Below are positions 1 through 9,088 of a stretch of 30,929 bases of DNA, in pieces; the stretch's first letter is position 1; each line of letters starts with the position of its first letter. Both the position numbers and the translations under genes were made by a program. The notes below the pieces were generated by a model. The model did not search any database and was not told where the DNA came from. It saw nothing but the letters and a program-made list of their open reading frames with translations. Source of the stretch: an uncultured Halieaceae bacterium (lineage in GTDB: Bacteria; Pseudomonadota; Gammaproteobacteria; Pseudomonadales; Halieaceae); assembly GCA_938045215.1 (NCBI GenBank), contig CALINF010000331.1:1-30929 (forward strand), written 5' to 3'.

Positions 1-1737
1 TACCCACCATCACTGACGGGCATTCGCGGCAGCACTGATGGCTCTTTTGAGATTGCTCATGCGATAGCTCGAGAAGGCCGATCCTTTCCTTCCCCACGCC
101 AGCAAACTGAAAAAACCTATGACCTGGTAGTAGTCGGTGCAGGTATCTCCGGTCTGTCGGCAGCAAAGTTCTTTCGTGACCGCAGCGACGCCAACAGCCG
201 CATCCTGATACTGGACAACCATGATGACTTTGGCGGGCACGCGCGACGTAACGAGTTGAATGTGGATGGCGAGACACTTCTGGGCTACGGTGGCAGCCAG
301 ACCATCGATACGCCCTCGGCGTACTCGGACGTCTCCAGCCAGTTGTTAAAAGACGTCGCTATCGACACCGATCGCTTCTATGAGTTTTACGACCAGTCTT
401 TCTTCAGCCGCCGTGGTATGGATGAGAGCATCTACTTCGATGAAAAAACTTACGGCACTCGGCGCCTGGTCGCCAATCCACTTGAATCCGCAAGCCTGAC
501 GCCTGAGCAAGTGGCGGCAGCTATACACGCCATGCCTATCCCCAAGAGCGATCAGGAAGCGTTTCTAAAGCTACTGGGTGACGAAGTAGACTACCTGCAA
601 GGGATGGAGAGCGACAAAAAGGAAGCGCTACTGCGCAACATCAGCTACCTCGATTTTCTCGATCAATACGCCGGTGTGCCCGAGTCCGTTCGCCAGATTC
701 TACAAGATTCATTTCTACCCATGATCGGTGTTGGCTGGGAAGCGGCTTCTGCCTGGGAAGCAAAAGAATATCAATTCCCGGGCACTGCGCATTTGGGATT
801 CGAGGAATATGCATCTCGCGATGAACCCTACATTCATCACTTCCCTGATGGCAATGCCGGTATCGCTCGCTCACTGGTACGCGACCTGATTCCAAAGGCC
901 GTTCCCGGCTCGGGCATGGAAGACCTCGTCACTGCACGCGTGAATTACTCAGCCCTTGATACTGATGAAAGCCTTGTAAAAATTCGCCTGAACAGCACTG
1001 TGATTGACGCTCGCCATAGCGCTGACGGTAAAGAAGTCGACGTTACGTATGTAAACAATGGCAACTCCTATCGAGTTCGTGCGCGGCATGTGGTTATGGC
1101 CTGCTATAACGCCATCATTCCCCATATCTGCCATGAAATGCCGCAGCCACAGGCGGAGGCGATTCGTTACGCAACCAAAATTCCTTTCGTGATAGGCAGC
1201 ATCGCCATTCGCAACTGGCAGGCGTTTGCGGATGCCGGCCACTACATGATGTACTCGCCTGGCGACGTCATGTTCAAGCGGCTACGTCTGGACTTCCCAG
1301 TGAGCATGGGTGCATATCAGTTTGCGCAGAAGCCCGATGAACCTATTGTGATCTCCGCATGGTACTCGCCGACAGTCCGCGGGCTGGACAATATGGCACA
1401 GTACAAGGCCGGCCGAGCCAGGCTATTGCAGATGAGCTATGCAGAATTTGAAACCGATATATATTCGCATTTCGATGGAATGCTTGGGCCCTACGGCTTC
1501 GATGCGGAAAAGGAGATCGCGGCAATAACGCTGAATCGCTGGCCGCACGGCTATGCTTACGAATTCGAAGGCATAGGCGTTCCACCGGAGTACGATCGCT
1601 ACAACGGGCCACATATTTTGGGCCGCGCACAGATGGGGCGAATATCGGTGGCCAACTCAGACTCTGAAGCCTATGCCTATGTCGATGGCGCTATCGATTC
1701 GGCTGATCGTGCAGTGAATGAACAACTGGCGCTATAA
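1..1737 (+). CDS. spdH: Spermidine dehydrogenase-like FAD/haem b oxidoreductase, 5'-truncated by the window edge
   Basis: Frame 1 is open from base 1 and reads YPPSLTGIRGSTDGSFEIAHAIAREG...YDLVVVGAGISGLSAA...LILDNHDDFGGHARRNE, so the ORF-track start at 256 is an internal TTG. The Rossmann GxGxxG, DDFGGHA and C-terminal NRWPHGYAYE and ANSDS motifs match the Pseudomonas aeruginosa SpdH family as recalled. Confidence 0.85.
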   Translation, partial: YPPSLTGIRGSTDGSFEIAHAIAREGRSFPSPRQQTEKTYDLVVVGAGISGLSAAKFFRDRSDANSRILILDNHDDFGGHARRNELNVDGETLLGYGGSQTIDTPSAYSDVSSQLLKDVAIDTDRFYEFYDQSFFSRRGMDESIYFDEKTYGTRRLVANPLESASLTPEQVAAAIHAMPIPKSDQEAFLKLLGDEVDYLQGMESDKKEALLRNISYLDFLDQYAGVPESVRQILQDSFLPMIGVGWEAASAWEAKEYQFPGTAHLGFEEYASRDEPYIHHFPDGNAGIARSLVRDLIPKAVPGSGMEDLVTARVNYSALDTDESLVKIRLNSTVIDARHSADGKEVDVTYVNNGNSYRVRARHVVMACYNAIIPHICHEMPQPQAEAIRYATKIPFVIGSIAIRNWQAFADAGHYMMYSPGDVMFKRLRLDFPVSMGAYQFAQKPDEPIVISAWYSPTVRGLDNMAQYKAGRARLLQMSYAEFETDIYSHFDGMLGPYGFDAEKEIAAITLNRWPHGYAYEFEGIGVPPEYDRYNGPHILGRAQMGRISVANSDSEAYAYVDGAIDSADRAVNEQLAL

Positions 1738-1801
1738 CCCAAGAACGTTTCATCGCGGCAACACCGCGACTCGAACAAACCACCTGAAAGAGGATCAATC
1801 G

Positions 1802-2245
1802 ATGAACAAGCTTATACTAACGCTGGCTTTACTGGTTCTTGCAAACGGGCCATTTGCTGCAGAGAACGAAACCATTGTGCCTGCCAAGATCAGTCGCGCA
1901 GACATTGGTGGTGATATCTTCAATCGCGAAACGATGACCAAAACGACTCATGAAGATGGCCACACCACACTCGACGTGACCAGCCTGATGTCCAGCGACA
2001 AGAAATTCGCATCTGGTATGTACCAATCGGGCAAGACTCGCTCCGAAATCACCGAACCCTATGGCGTGGATGAGTTTATGTACTTTACGCAAGGCAGCGT
2101 TACGCTGACATCAAGTGACGGCAGCGTACAAACTATTGAAGCAGGCGAGGCCGTTACCATTCCAAAGGAGTGGACGGGAATCTGGGAAACAGACGGCTAC
2201 ACAAAATTCTGGGTAATCTATTCAGCAGACGGTTCGGGGCTATAA
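1802..2245 (+). CDS. DUF861 (Cupin_3/EutQ-like) cupin with predicted Sec signal peptide, 147 aa
   Basis: GAGGA SD upstream of ATG 1802. The N-terminus MNKLILTLALLVLANGPFAA-E is basic, then hydrophobic, then ends in an Ala-rich cleavage-like site. Cupin motifs are SGMYQSG, DEFMYFTQGSVTLT and IEAGEAVTIPKEWTGIW. Confidence 0.8.
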   Translation: MNKLILTLALLVLANGPFAAENETIVPAKISRADIGGDIFNRETMTKTTHEDGHTTLDVTSLMSSDKKFASGMYQSGKTRSEITEPYGVDEFMYFTQGSVTLTSSDGSVQTIEAGEAVTIPKEWTGIWETDGYTKFWVIYSADGSGL

Positions 2246-2299
2246 CCAACTGCGCCGATTTAGCCCTCGTCGGTACAGCGCTGGTATCGGAGCTCGTCA

Positions 2300-3112
2300 A
2301 TGACAACGGTGCAATCGTTTCCCTTTGACGTAGATCCAGCACCTGTCGTAGCGGCTTTGCAGCAAGATGGCGCGGTGATTATTGAGCGGCTGGCCGCTTC
2401 GCAACTTTTGGACACTATAGATGCGGAGCTTGAGCCGCATTTTGCCTCGGAAGGGGACAAGTTCAAAAATGACTTCAACGGCTATAAAACACGACGCCTG
2501 AGCGCGATACTTGCGCTATCACATCACTGCGCAGAACTCATCGCACGCCCACTGGTGCTAGCAGTGGCCGATGCTGTGCTCAAGCCTCACTGCGATAGCT
2601 ATCGACTCGGCAGTACTACCGCCATCGAGATCCAGCCGGGCGAGGCAAACCAGACACTACATCAGGATGATGATTTTTATCCGATGCGTATCCCCCATGT
2701 TGAATTCCAACTGGGCGCTATGTGGGCGCTGGATGACTTTACGGTAGAAAACGGCGCTACACGGGTTGTGCCAGGTAGTCACTGGACCGCGCGTAACAAT
2801 AATGGGCAAGAAGACGATGCCGAAAATAGAGCGTTGGCTCACTCGGTGATGCCCAGAGGCTCATTGCTTCTGTATTTTGGCTCTACCTGGCATGGCGGTG
2901 GTGCGAACACCAGCGACAAGCCGCGCGCCGGACTGATTAATACCTATGCTCTGGGCTGGCTGCGCCAGGAAGAGAATCAATATCTTTGCGTACCGCGTGA
3001 TATTGCCAGAAGCCATCCGGATCGGGTACAGAGATTGATGGGGTATCAGGCCCATGGACAGTATCTGGGGGTATTCCCTGGCGACCCGGACGGCTATTGG
3101 TACGATGCATAA
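2300..3112 (+). CDS. Phytanoyl-CoA dioxygenase (PhyH) family Fe(II)/2-oxoglutarate oxygenase
   Basis: HxD motif (LHQDD), [20 protein letters not shown], distal His in WHGGGANTS and the 2OG-binding Arg in PRAG. Confidence 0.88.
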   Translation: MTTVQSFPFDVDPAPVVAALQQDGAVIIERLAASQLLDTIDAELEPHFASEGDKFKNDFNGYKTRRLSAILALSHHCAELIARPLVLAVADAVLKPHCDSYRLGSTTAIEIQPGEANQTLHQDDDFYPMRIPHVEFQLGAMWALDDFTVENGATRVVPGSHWTARNNNGQEDDAENRALAHSVMPRGSLLLYFGSTWHGGGANTSDKPRAGLINTYALGWLRQEENQYLCVPRDIARSHPDRVQRLMGYQAHGQYLGVFPGDPDGYWYDA

Positions 3113-3141
3113 CCAGGTCATTACGAAAGGGTGCCAGTTCT

Positions 3142-4359
3142 ATGCCTGAACAACACGTAGCCCTTGTCTACCACCGCACGGTATTTGATGACTGGCGCTC
3201 AATTGCGATAGCCATCTATATGGCATTGGCGGGGTACACCGTCATGGTGGGGATTCCCGTCATCAGCACGGCCTGGGTTTCGCTTTTAGGGTTTACTGAA
3301 GTGCAGGTAGGACGCGTAGCGGGCGCAGACCTGGGCGGCTTCTCTCTGGGTGCTGTTGTCATTTCACTTTTTATCGCACGAGTAAACCGTCGTCTGTTGG
3401 CAGTGTATTCCGCTGCGTTGGCAATTGCCGGCAACGCGCTTTGTATGGTGATGCTCAGTTACGAAGAAACCCTGTGGCTGCGATTTGTTGCAGGAATTGG
3501 CAGTGGCGCTTTCACGGCCATTGCCATTGCAACACTCGCCGGCACATCCAAACCCGCGCGGGCGTTCAACATACTGCTATTTTCCTTTGCATTCTCGCAA
3601 GGCGGCGAACTCTACCTGTTACCGAAGCTGACGATGAATCAGATCTACCTGTTTTTTATCGGTACTTACATAGTGGGGCTGTTACTTCTACCCTGGCTAC
3701 CACCGCGGCCCGTAGAGAAAAGCCTGGATGTGGAGCTTGATATTGAAGACAACAAGCACGCACACCACCAGGAGCACGTTCAAGTGCCCAAGTCGGTGCC
3801 ATGGCTGGTTCTCGCCGCAGTACTGTTTACCTATCTCAATATCGGTGCCTACTGGACCTATATCGAACTCGCCAGCGCAGCCTCGTCAGCTGATCCAGAG
3901 TGGGTCGGTGAGCTACTTGTCTACACGTCGGTTTTTTCTGTCATCGGCTGCGCTTGTGCCACACTGATCAGCAACCGCTTTGGGCTCGCGCGCCCCCTGC
4001 TCGCCACACTGATTGCGCAGGCTGTTATCGTCGGCATGCTCGCCAACGGCATCACCAATATCAATGTCATGATCAGTATGTTCGCTTTTAATTTCTGCTG
4101 GATATTCGTGGACGTCTATCAATCCGCCACGATAGCCAATATTGACCATTCCGGTCGATTCGCCGCACTGATGCCGGGTGCTCAGGGTCTGGGACAAATT
4201 CTGGGACCCAATCTCGCCGCATCCATACTGGCGCTGGGGCTGGGGTATGGCAGCGTATTCGTTATGTGTGCGCTCGCTTCGCTCACCGGCTTTGCGATCT
4301 ACCTTTTCATGTATCTACGCTTACGAAAAATCATTCCGGCGCTGGCAGATGCCCCATAG
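3142..4359 (+). CDS. MFS transporter, about 12 TM
   Basis: Two hydrophobic halves with a central hydrophilic loop. Motif-A-like LFIARVNRR, LRFVAGIGSG and ISNRFGLAR. ATG 3142 was chosen over the track start at 3097, which overlaps phyH. Confidence 0.85.
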   Translation: MPEQHVALVYHRTVFDDWRSIAIAIYMALAGYTVMVGIPVISTAWVSLLGFTEVQVGRVAGADLGGFSLGAVVISLFIARVNRRLLAVYSAALAIAGNALCMVMLSYEETLWLRFVAGIGSGAFTAIAIATLAGTSKPARAFNILLFSFAFSQGGELYLLPKLTMNQIYLFFIGTYIVGLLLLPWLPPRPVEKSLDVELDIEDNKHAHHQEHVQVPKSVPWLVLAAVLFTYLNIGAYWTYIELASAASSADPEWVGELLVYTSVFSVIGCACATLISNRFGLARPLLATLIAQAVIVGMLANGITNINVMISMFAFNFCWIFVDVYQSATIANIDHSGRFAALMPGAQGLGQILGPNLAASILALGLGYGSVFVMCALASLTGFAIYLFMYLRLRKIIPALADAP

Positions 4360-4407
4360 AAAGCGATACCTGTACTCATACGAACTAACCGGGCAAAAAT
4401 GCGCAAA

Positions 4408-4599
4408 CTATCTCTGCTTTAGAAGCCGCGATAGGAGAAGAAACGACAGGCTCATTCCAACTAGCAAAATCGCGAGTGAGGCCACGTCCCGATAGGGTGT
4501 GACGACTGTCCAAACCTGCTCCCTGTCCAACCAGAAAAGAAGATACATTGAAATCAGCCAGGGAGTGATGGCAACCGCGCCGATAAGGACCAACCGCAT
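4408..4599 (-). CDS. Small two-TM hypothetical membrane protein, 63 aa
   Basis: GGGAGAG SD-like sequence just upstream of ATG 4599. Two hydrophobic stretches flank a short loop, followed by a basic tail (SRLLKQR). It fills an otherwise empty gap. Confidence 0.55.
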   Translation of the reverse strand: MRLVLIGAVAITPWLISMYLLFWLDREQVWTVVTPYRDVASLAILLVGMSLSFLLLSRLLKQR

Positions 4600-4753
4600 A
4601 TTCTCTCCCGGAAGCTGCAATAAATTACAATCACTTGTCGTGTTGCCGATTCTGCTACCCTAACATGGTGCGGACAGGTTTTTCTCTCACCCTATCGGCA
4701 CGGATGTACACGGTACAACTGGATGCGACACTTTCGAGCAACGCGCTGCTCAC

Positions 4754-5686
4754 TTGCAGGCAGCCAATTGGGGGCATTCCCATCTGACGACTTTACTAGG
4801 ACACAGGCTATTGAATGGCTGGGCGCTCTTTGGAATTATAGCTGCGCTCATTTCCTCGCTTGTTATCAATCAAATGTTTGCTGCAAACCTCTCTACCGGC
4901 GAAGGTATTTCAGCAATGATCGGGTACTCAGTACGTCTGGCAGTTCCGTTTATCTATCTCGCAATGGCAGCCTCGTCATTCAACATTCTGTTCCCAGGCA
5001 ACGTATCGCGCTGGTGGTTGCGTAACCGTCGGTACATTGGACTATGCTTCGCAGCAGGGATGGCATGGCAAGCCGTTTTTATCTTCACACTGTCCACCGT
5101 CTATCGCGACTATTACGCAGAGAGTGTCTACTACTTTCGCGACGAGCTGGAGGGCAGTGTTGGCTATATTTTCCTCGCCGCTATGGTGCTCACCTCATTT
5201 GCGCTGGGGCGCAAGCGCGTCGATCAAACGCAGTGGAAGATTATTCAGAAGGGCGGTATCTATTGTCTGTGGGCCTACGCGTTTAGCGTTTACTGGTGGA
5301 ATCTCTTTTACTACGCCGACCCAAGGCCAATTGACTATCTTTACTACTGGAGTGGGTTCCTTGCATTCTCACTGCGTATTGCAGCCTGGGGTAAGCAGCG
5401 CCAACAAAAGAGCCGGGCGCACAACTCTCACACAACCAGTGCACTTGTGTACAAGAGCCTGGGCGGCATACTCATCGTCTCCGGTATGTTCATCGCGGCA
5501 ACGGGATTGTATTGGCAGACCGCTGTTACGGGGTTTCTCACCTCGACAGGGTGGTCCGCTGAGCTTGAACTCTGGTTACCCTTCTGGCCGTTCGAGCCCT
5601 TTTTATCCCTACTGACAATCGGCTTGGGCGCTGCGGTTTTTACGAAATCTACAATAGGGGTTGGCAATGTCTCACAACCAGTTTGA
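4754..5686 (+). CDS. Ferric reductase-like/MsrQ-like transmembrane protein lacking the haem-ligating His residues
   Basis: LRNRRYIGLCF, AAMVLTS and QWKIIQ align by eye with MsrQ RRxLGL, LAxTS and WxxLH. Multiple TM helices. The TTG start is uncertain. Confidence 0.7.
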   Translation: MQAANWGHSHLTTLLGHRLLNGWALFGIIAALISSLVINQMFAANLSTGEGISAMIGYSVRLAVPFIYLAMAASSFNILFPGNVSRWWLRNRRYIGLCFAAGMAWQAVFIFTLSTVYRDYYAESVYYFRDELEGSVGYIFLAAMVLTSFALGRKRVDQTQWKIIQKGGIYCLWAYAFSVYWWNLFYYADPRPIDYLYYWSGFLAFSLRIAAWGKQRQQKSRAHNSHTTSALVYKSLGGILIVSGMFIAATGLYWQTAVTGFLTSTGWSAELELWLPFWPFEPFLSLLTIGLGAAVFTKSTIGVGNVSQPV

Positions 5687-7262
5687 TGCCATCATTTTGG
5701 GCGCGGGTCACAATGGACTGACAGCTGCAAACTATCTCGCCATCGGCGGGATGAAGGTGTGTGTTCTTGAGCAGCGTCACGTCGTCGGCGGCGCCGCCGT
5801 GAGTGAAGAATTCCACCCGGGCTACCGCAACTCACTCGCATCGTACGTTGTCAGCTTGTTACGCAGCGAAGTGGTTCGGGATCTAGAGCTGGAACGCTAT
5901 GGCTACGAGCCACTACTGCTGGAGAATTCGCTATACCTGAATTCTGGCGGTGACTACCTGCTGCTAAATGGTGACGAGGGTCATGACCGGGCAGAGTTCG
6001 GTCGCTTTTCCGCTAGCGACTACGATGCCATGCTCGCCTTCGAGGAAAGCGTCGACAAGGTTGGTGGCATACTTGCAAAACAGTGGTTGAAGACCCCGCC
6101 CAAGCTGCATGGTGGTGGGCTGAGCGACCTGTTGGAGAGCGTGAAGCTGGGCCTGGACGTACACCGCCTTGATAAGGACAGCCGCTGGAGGCTACTACAG
6201 TTTTTCATCGGCGCACCCCAGAGCATCATCGAGCGCTGGTTTGAGAGTGACAAGGTCAAGGCCATGGTTGCAGCGCACATTATGCCCGCCAACTATGCGC
6301 CCCTGACCCAGCCAGGCGCCAGCCTGGCAATGCTACACCACGCAGTCGGCGAGATAGCCGGACGCAAGGGCGCGTGGGGTCTGGTGAAGGGCGGAATGGG
6401 TACGATTACGCAGGCAATGGCGAATTCGGCACGAGACAAGGGCGTCACGATCCAGACCAATGCCGGGGTTGAGCAGATTCTCATCGAGGGCGGCGCGGTC
6501 TCAGGCGTGCGACTGGAAAATGGCGACACGATTCTCGCCCCGGTGGTGGCGGCCAACACCGATCCCAAGCGTACGTTCCTGACACTGGTGGGCGAGGAAC
6601 ACTTGCCCAGCGACTTTGTTCGCGACATCAGCGCGTTCCGCCAGGAATCTGCGTCTCTGCGTATGAATCTCGCACTCAGTGGGCTCCCTGATTTCAAGGC
6701 ACTGCCCTCTGCAGGCATCGGCCCCCAGCATCAAGCCAGCATCACGCTGATAGAGAGCATGCAGCACCTTGATGAGGCCTACTTGTCAGCGCGCTCCGGT
6801 ATACCTGCACAGCCACCAATCATTGAGGCCATTATTCCCAGCGCGGTCGACAACAGTCTCACTGACAAGCCAGGTACTCACGTGATGAGCCTGCTATGCA
6901 AATATATGCCATACGATCTGGCGAACGGTGAGCATTGGGACGCCAAGAAGCCCAGTGTGGTGCAGAATATCCTCGAGCATGTCACCCGCTTCATTCCGAA
7001 TCTTCCTGAGATATTAGTCCACACGCAATGCCTGACGCCGCTGGATATTGAGCGGCTGTTTGGTATGACGCGAGGTGATATCTGTCATGGACGTATGGAG
7101 CCGGATCAACTGTACAGCGCCCGCCCCCATCCGGATGCCGCGCAATATGCCACACCAATCGGCGGACTCTACCTGTGCGGTTCCGGCACTCACCCCGGGG
7201 GGGGTGTTACCGGTGCACCAGGCCACAACGCCGCTCGCCGTATCCTGAAGGACAGGCGCTAG
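5667..7262 (+). CDS. COG1233 phytoene dehydrogenase-like (PYROXD2-like) FAD oxidoreductase, copy A
   Basis: GAGHNGL Rossmann motif, VGGAAVSEEFHPG, LHHAVGE...GAWGLVKGGMG and C-terminal LYLCGSGTHPGGGVTGAPGHNAA. The start overlaps the upstream gene by 20 nt. Confidence 0.88.
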   Translation: MSHNQFDAIILGAGHNGLTAANYLAIGGMKVCVLEQRHVVGGAAVSEEFHPGYRNSLASYVVSLLRSEVVRDLELERYGYEPLLLENSLYLNSGGDYLLLNGDEGHDRAEFGRFSASDYDAMLAFEESVDKVGGILAKQWLKTPPKLHGGGLSDLLESVKLGLDVHRLDKDSRWRLLQFFIGAPQSIIERWFESDKVKAMVAAHIMPANYAPLTQPGASLAMLHHAVGEIAGRKGAWGLVKGGMGTITQAMANSARDKGVTIQTNAGVEQILIEGGAVSGVRLENGDTILAPVVAANTDPKRTFLTLVGEEHLPSDFVRDISAFRQESASLRMNLALSGLPDFKALPSAGIGPQHQASITLIESMQHLDEAYLSARSGIPAQPPIIEAIIPSAVDNSLTDKPGTHVMSLLCKYMPYDLANGEHWDAKKPSVVQNILEHVTRFIPNLPEILVHTQCLTPLDIERLFGMTRGDICHGRMEPDQLYSARPHPDAAQYATPIGGLYLCGSGTHPGGGVTGAPGHNAARRILKDRR

Positions 7263-7311
7263 CGCCCTGACTTGCCTTGGGTGGGGGGTTTCTACGCTAT
7301 TGCTTAGCCAG

Positions 7312-8892
7312 CTAACGATCCCTGAGTATGGCGTTGGCCGCATTATGTCCAGGCAGCCCACTGACGCCACCACCTGGATGAGCGCCAGAACCACACAGGT
7401 ACACGCCCTGCACTGGCATCTTGTACGCAGCGTGTCCTGGAATCGGTCGCAGAGAATAGAATTGGTCAAGGTGCAACGCGCCGTGGAAGATATCCCCGCC
7501 AACCATGTTCAGGTCCCGCTCAATATCCAGTGGCGTCTTTATCTGTCGCCCGACTATCGACGCTTTGAAGTTCGGTGCGTATTGATCAATGGTATCGACA
7601 ATGACGTCGGCCGCCTCATCACGAACATCATCCCAATTGCGACCATCCGGTAAATGGCGCTGAAAATGCTGACAGAACAGGCTGGCCACGTGGCCGCCCG
7701 GTGGCGCCAGCGAATCGTCCTGGGTTGATGGCACCTGCATGGATATCACTGGTTTGCGCGACCAGCCCAGTTGCCTTGCATCATAATAAGCGTTCTGGAT
7801 GTAACCTAGCGACGGACTGACTTCGATCGCGCCCATGAAGTGCTCTTCACCCCGACCCGCCATGCTCGTAAACCTGGGTAGCTCAGACAATGCCACATTC
7901 ATGCGAAAGGTCGCAGAGTGGCTTCGATAATTTTCGATTCTGCGTTGATCGGGTGGGTCGAGACTGTCGCTATCAAGAAGTTTTTGCAAGAGTATTTGTG
8001 GATGCACATTGGCCGCAACGAATCGCGATGTGAGCTCTCTGCCATCAGCAGTGAGCACACCACACGCCTTGCCATCGCGAGTCAGGATTTTGCTAACCGG
8101 CGAACTGGTTTCTATTCGGGCTCCCTTGCTGCGTACAAACGAGGCCATTGATTCACTGATCGCGCCCATGCCGCCTCTAGCAATACCCCAGGCGCCCGCG
8201 CGACCCTTAACCTCACCGAAAGCGTGGTGCAATAACACGTAGGCTGTACCAGCATGGTATGGCTCGGCAAAGTTCCCAATAACACCCTCCAGCCCCAGCA
8301 CACCCTTAAATGCTTCACCCTCAAACCAGGTGTCCAGGTAATCGCCAAGCGAGCGTGTCATCAGTTCCGCCAGCACCGTCTGGTGATGTTTGTCCAATTT
8401 ACGCAATAGGTTCCCGGCTTTAAGCAAACCGACCGCATCTCGCCAACCTCCACCAATATTGGGAGGCGACTGCACCGCCAGTTCGCGCAGCGCCATCGCC
8501 ACCGTCGCAATGCCAGAGTCGAATTCTTCCATGCGCTGGGCATCACGCCGGGAGAAGCGCGCCACCTCGGCGTGAGCCTGGGCATCATCGCGTGTCAATA
8601 ACAGATGGTCGTTTTCGAGCAAACTGAGCGTGCCTGCGGGTCGTTCAAGAATATCCAGCCCGTGCTGCTCCAGCTGCAGATCAGCAATGACCCGTGGATG
8701 CAGCAAGCTGACGGAGTACGAGTACACCGAGTTTCTAAAGCCCGGGTGAAATTCCTCCGTTACAGCGGCACCACCCACCACAGGTCGTGACTCCAGCATC
8801 AGAACCCGCAGTCCGGCACGCGCAAGGTAGCCAGCGCAGGTCAGTCCGTTGTGTCCTGCACCGATGACAATAACGTCGGCATCCATCGCCAT
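7312..8892 (-). CDS. COG1233 phytoene dehydrogenase-like (PYROXD2-like) FAD oxidoreductase, copy B
   Basis: GAGHNGL, VGGAAVTEEFHPG, LLHHAFGE...GAWGIARGGMG and YLCGSGAHPGGGVSGLPGHNAA. A GAGGGA SD precedes ATG 8892. Confidence 0.88.
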   Translation of the reverse strand: MAMDADVIVIGAGHNGLTCAGYLARAGLRVLMLESRPVVGGAAVTEEFHPGFRNSVYSYSVSLLHPRVIADLQLEQHGLDILERPAGTLSLLENDHLLLTRDDAQAHAEVARFSRRDAQRMEEFDSGIATVAMALRELAVQSPPNIGGGWRDAVGLLKAGNLLRKLDKHHQTVLAELMTRSLGDYLDTWFEGEAFKGVLGLEGVIGNFAEPYHAGTAYVLLHHAFGEVKGRAGAWGIARGGMGAISESMASFVRSKGARIETSSPVSKILTRDGKACGVLTADGRELTSRFVAANVHPQILLQKLLDSDSLDPPDQRRIENYRSHSATFRMNVALSELPRFTSMAGRGEEHFMGAIEVSPSLGYIQNAYYDARQLGWSRKPVISMQVPSTQDDSLAPPGGHVASLFCQHFQRHLPDGRNWDDVRDEAADVIVDTIDQYAPNFKASIVGRQIKTPLDIERDLNMVGGDIFHGALHLDQFYSLRPIPGHAAYKMPVQGVYLCGSGAHPGGGVSGLPGHNAANAILRDR

Positions 8893-8912
8893 AGAATCAT
8901 CCCTCACAGTAG

Positions 8913-8950
8913 TGTGACCGAAAGCACGGTCACAGAGTATCCAAAGTATA
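8913..8950 (-). promoter_or_regulatory. Candidate -10 box (TATACT, minus strand 8950-8945) followed by a perfect 8-bp inverted repeat (8913-8934)
   Basis: TGTGACCG-AAAGCA-CGGTCACA is visible directly. No -35 match lies at 17 bp spacing. Confidence 0.35.
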
Positions 8951-9088
8951 GGCAGTGCATACTCTATGCGCCTCCGCGCCGATGGGCTAGGAAGATAAGG
9001 CCGTTTCTATGTGCTTAACTCACAATGACGGTTTACACGTTCAGGACATTTCAATCAGACACGTTTTTTACCCCCAGGAGACAATGTC

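Noticed and set aside
256-1737. ORF-track start at 256 for the first gene
   Set aside because: The frame is open from base 1 and the FAD-binding motif lies upstream of 256, so the gene is truncated by the window.
4644-4700. TGCCGAT...ATCGGCA inverted repeat
   Set aside because: Only 7 bp across a 43-nt spacer, which is plausible by chance.
5037-5615. 192-aa same-strand alternative-frame ORF
   Set aside because: It is nested in the MsrQ-like gene, has low-information composition and shows no domain.
8913-8934. CRP site
   Set aside because: TGTGA and TCACA are 12 nt apart, not the canonical 6.
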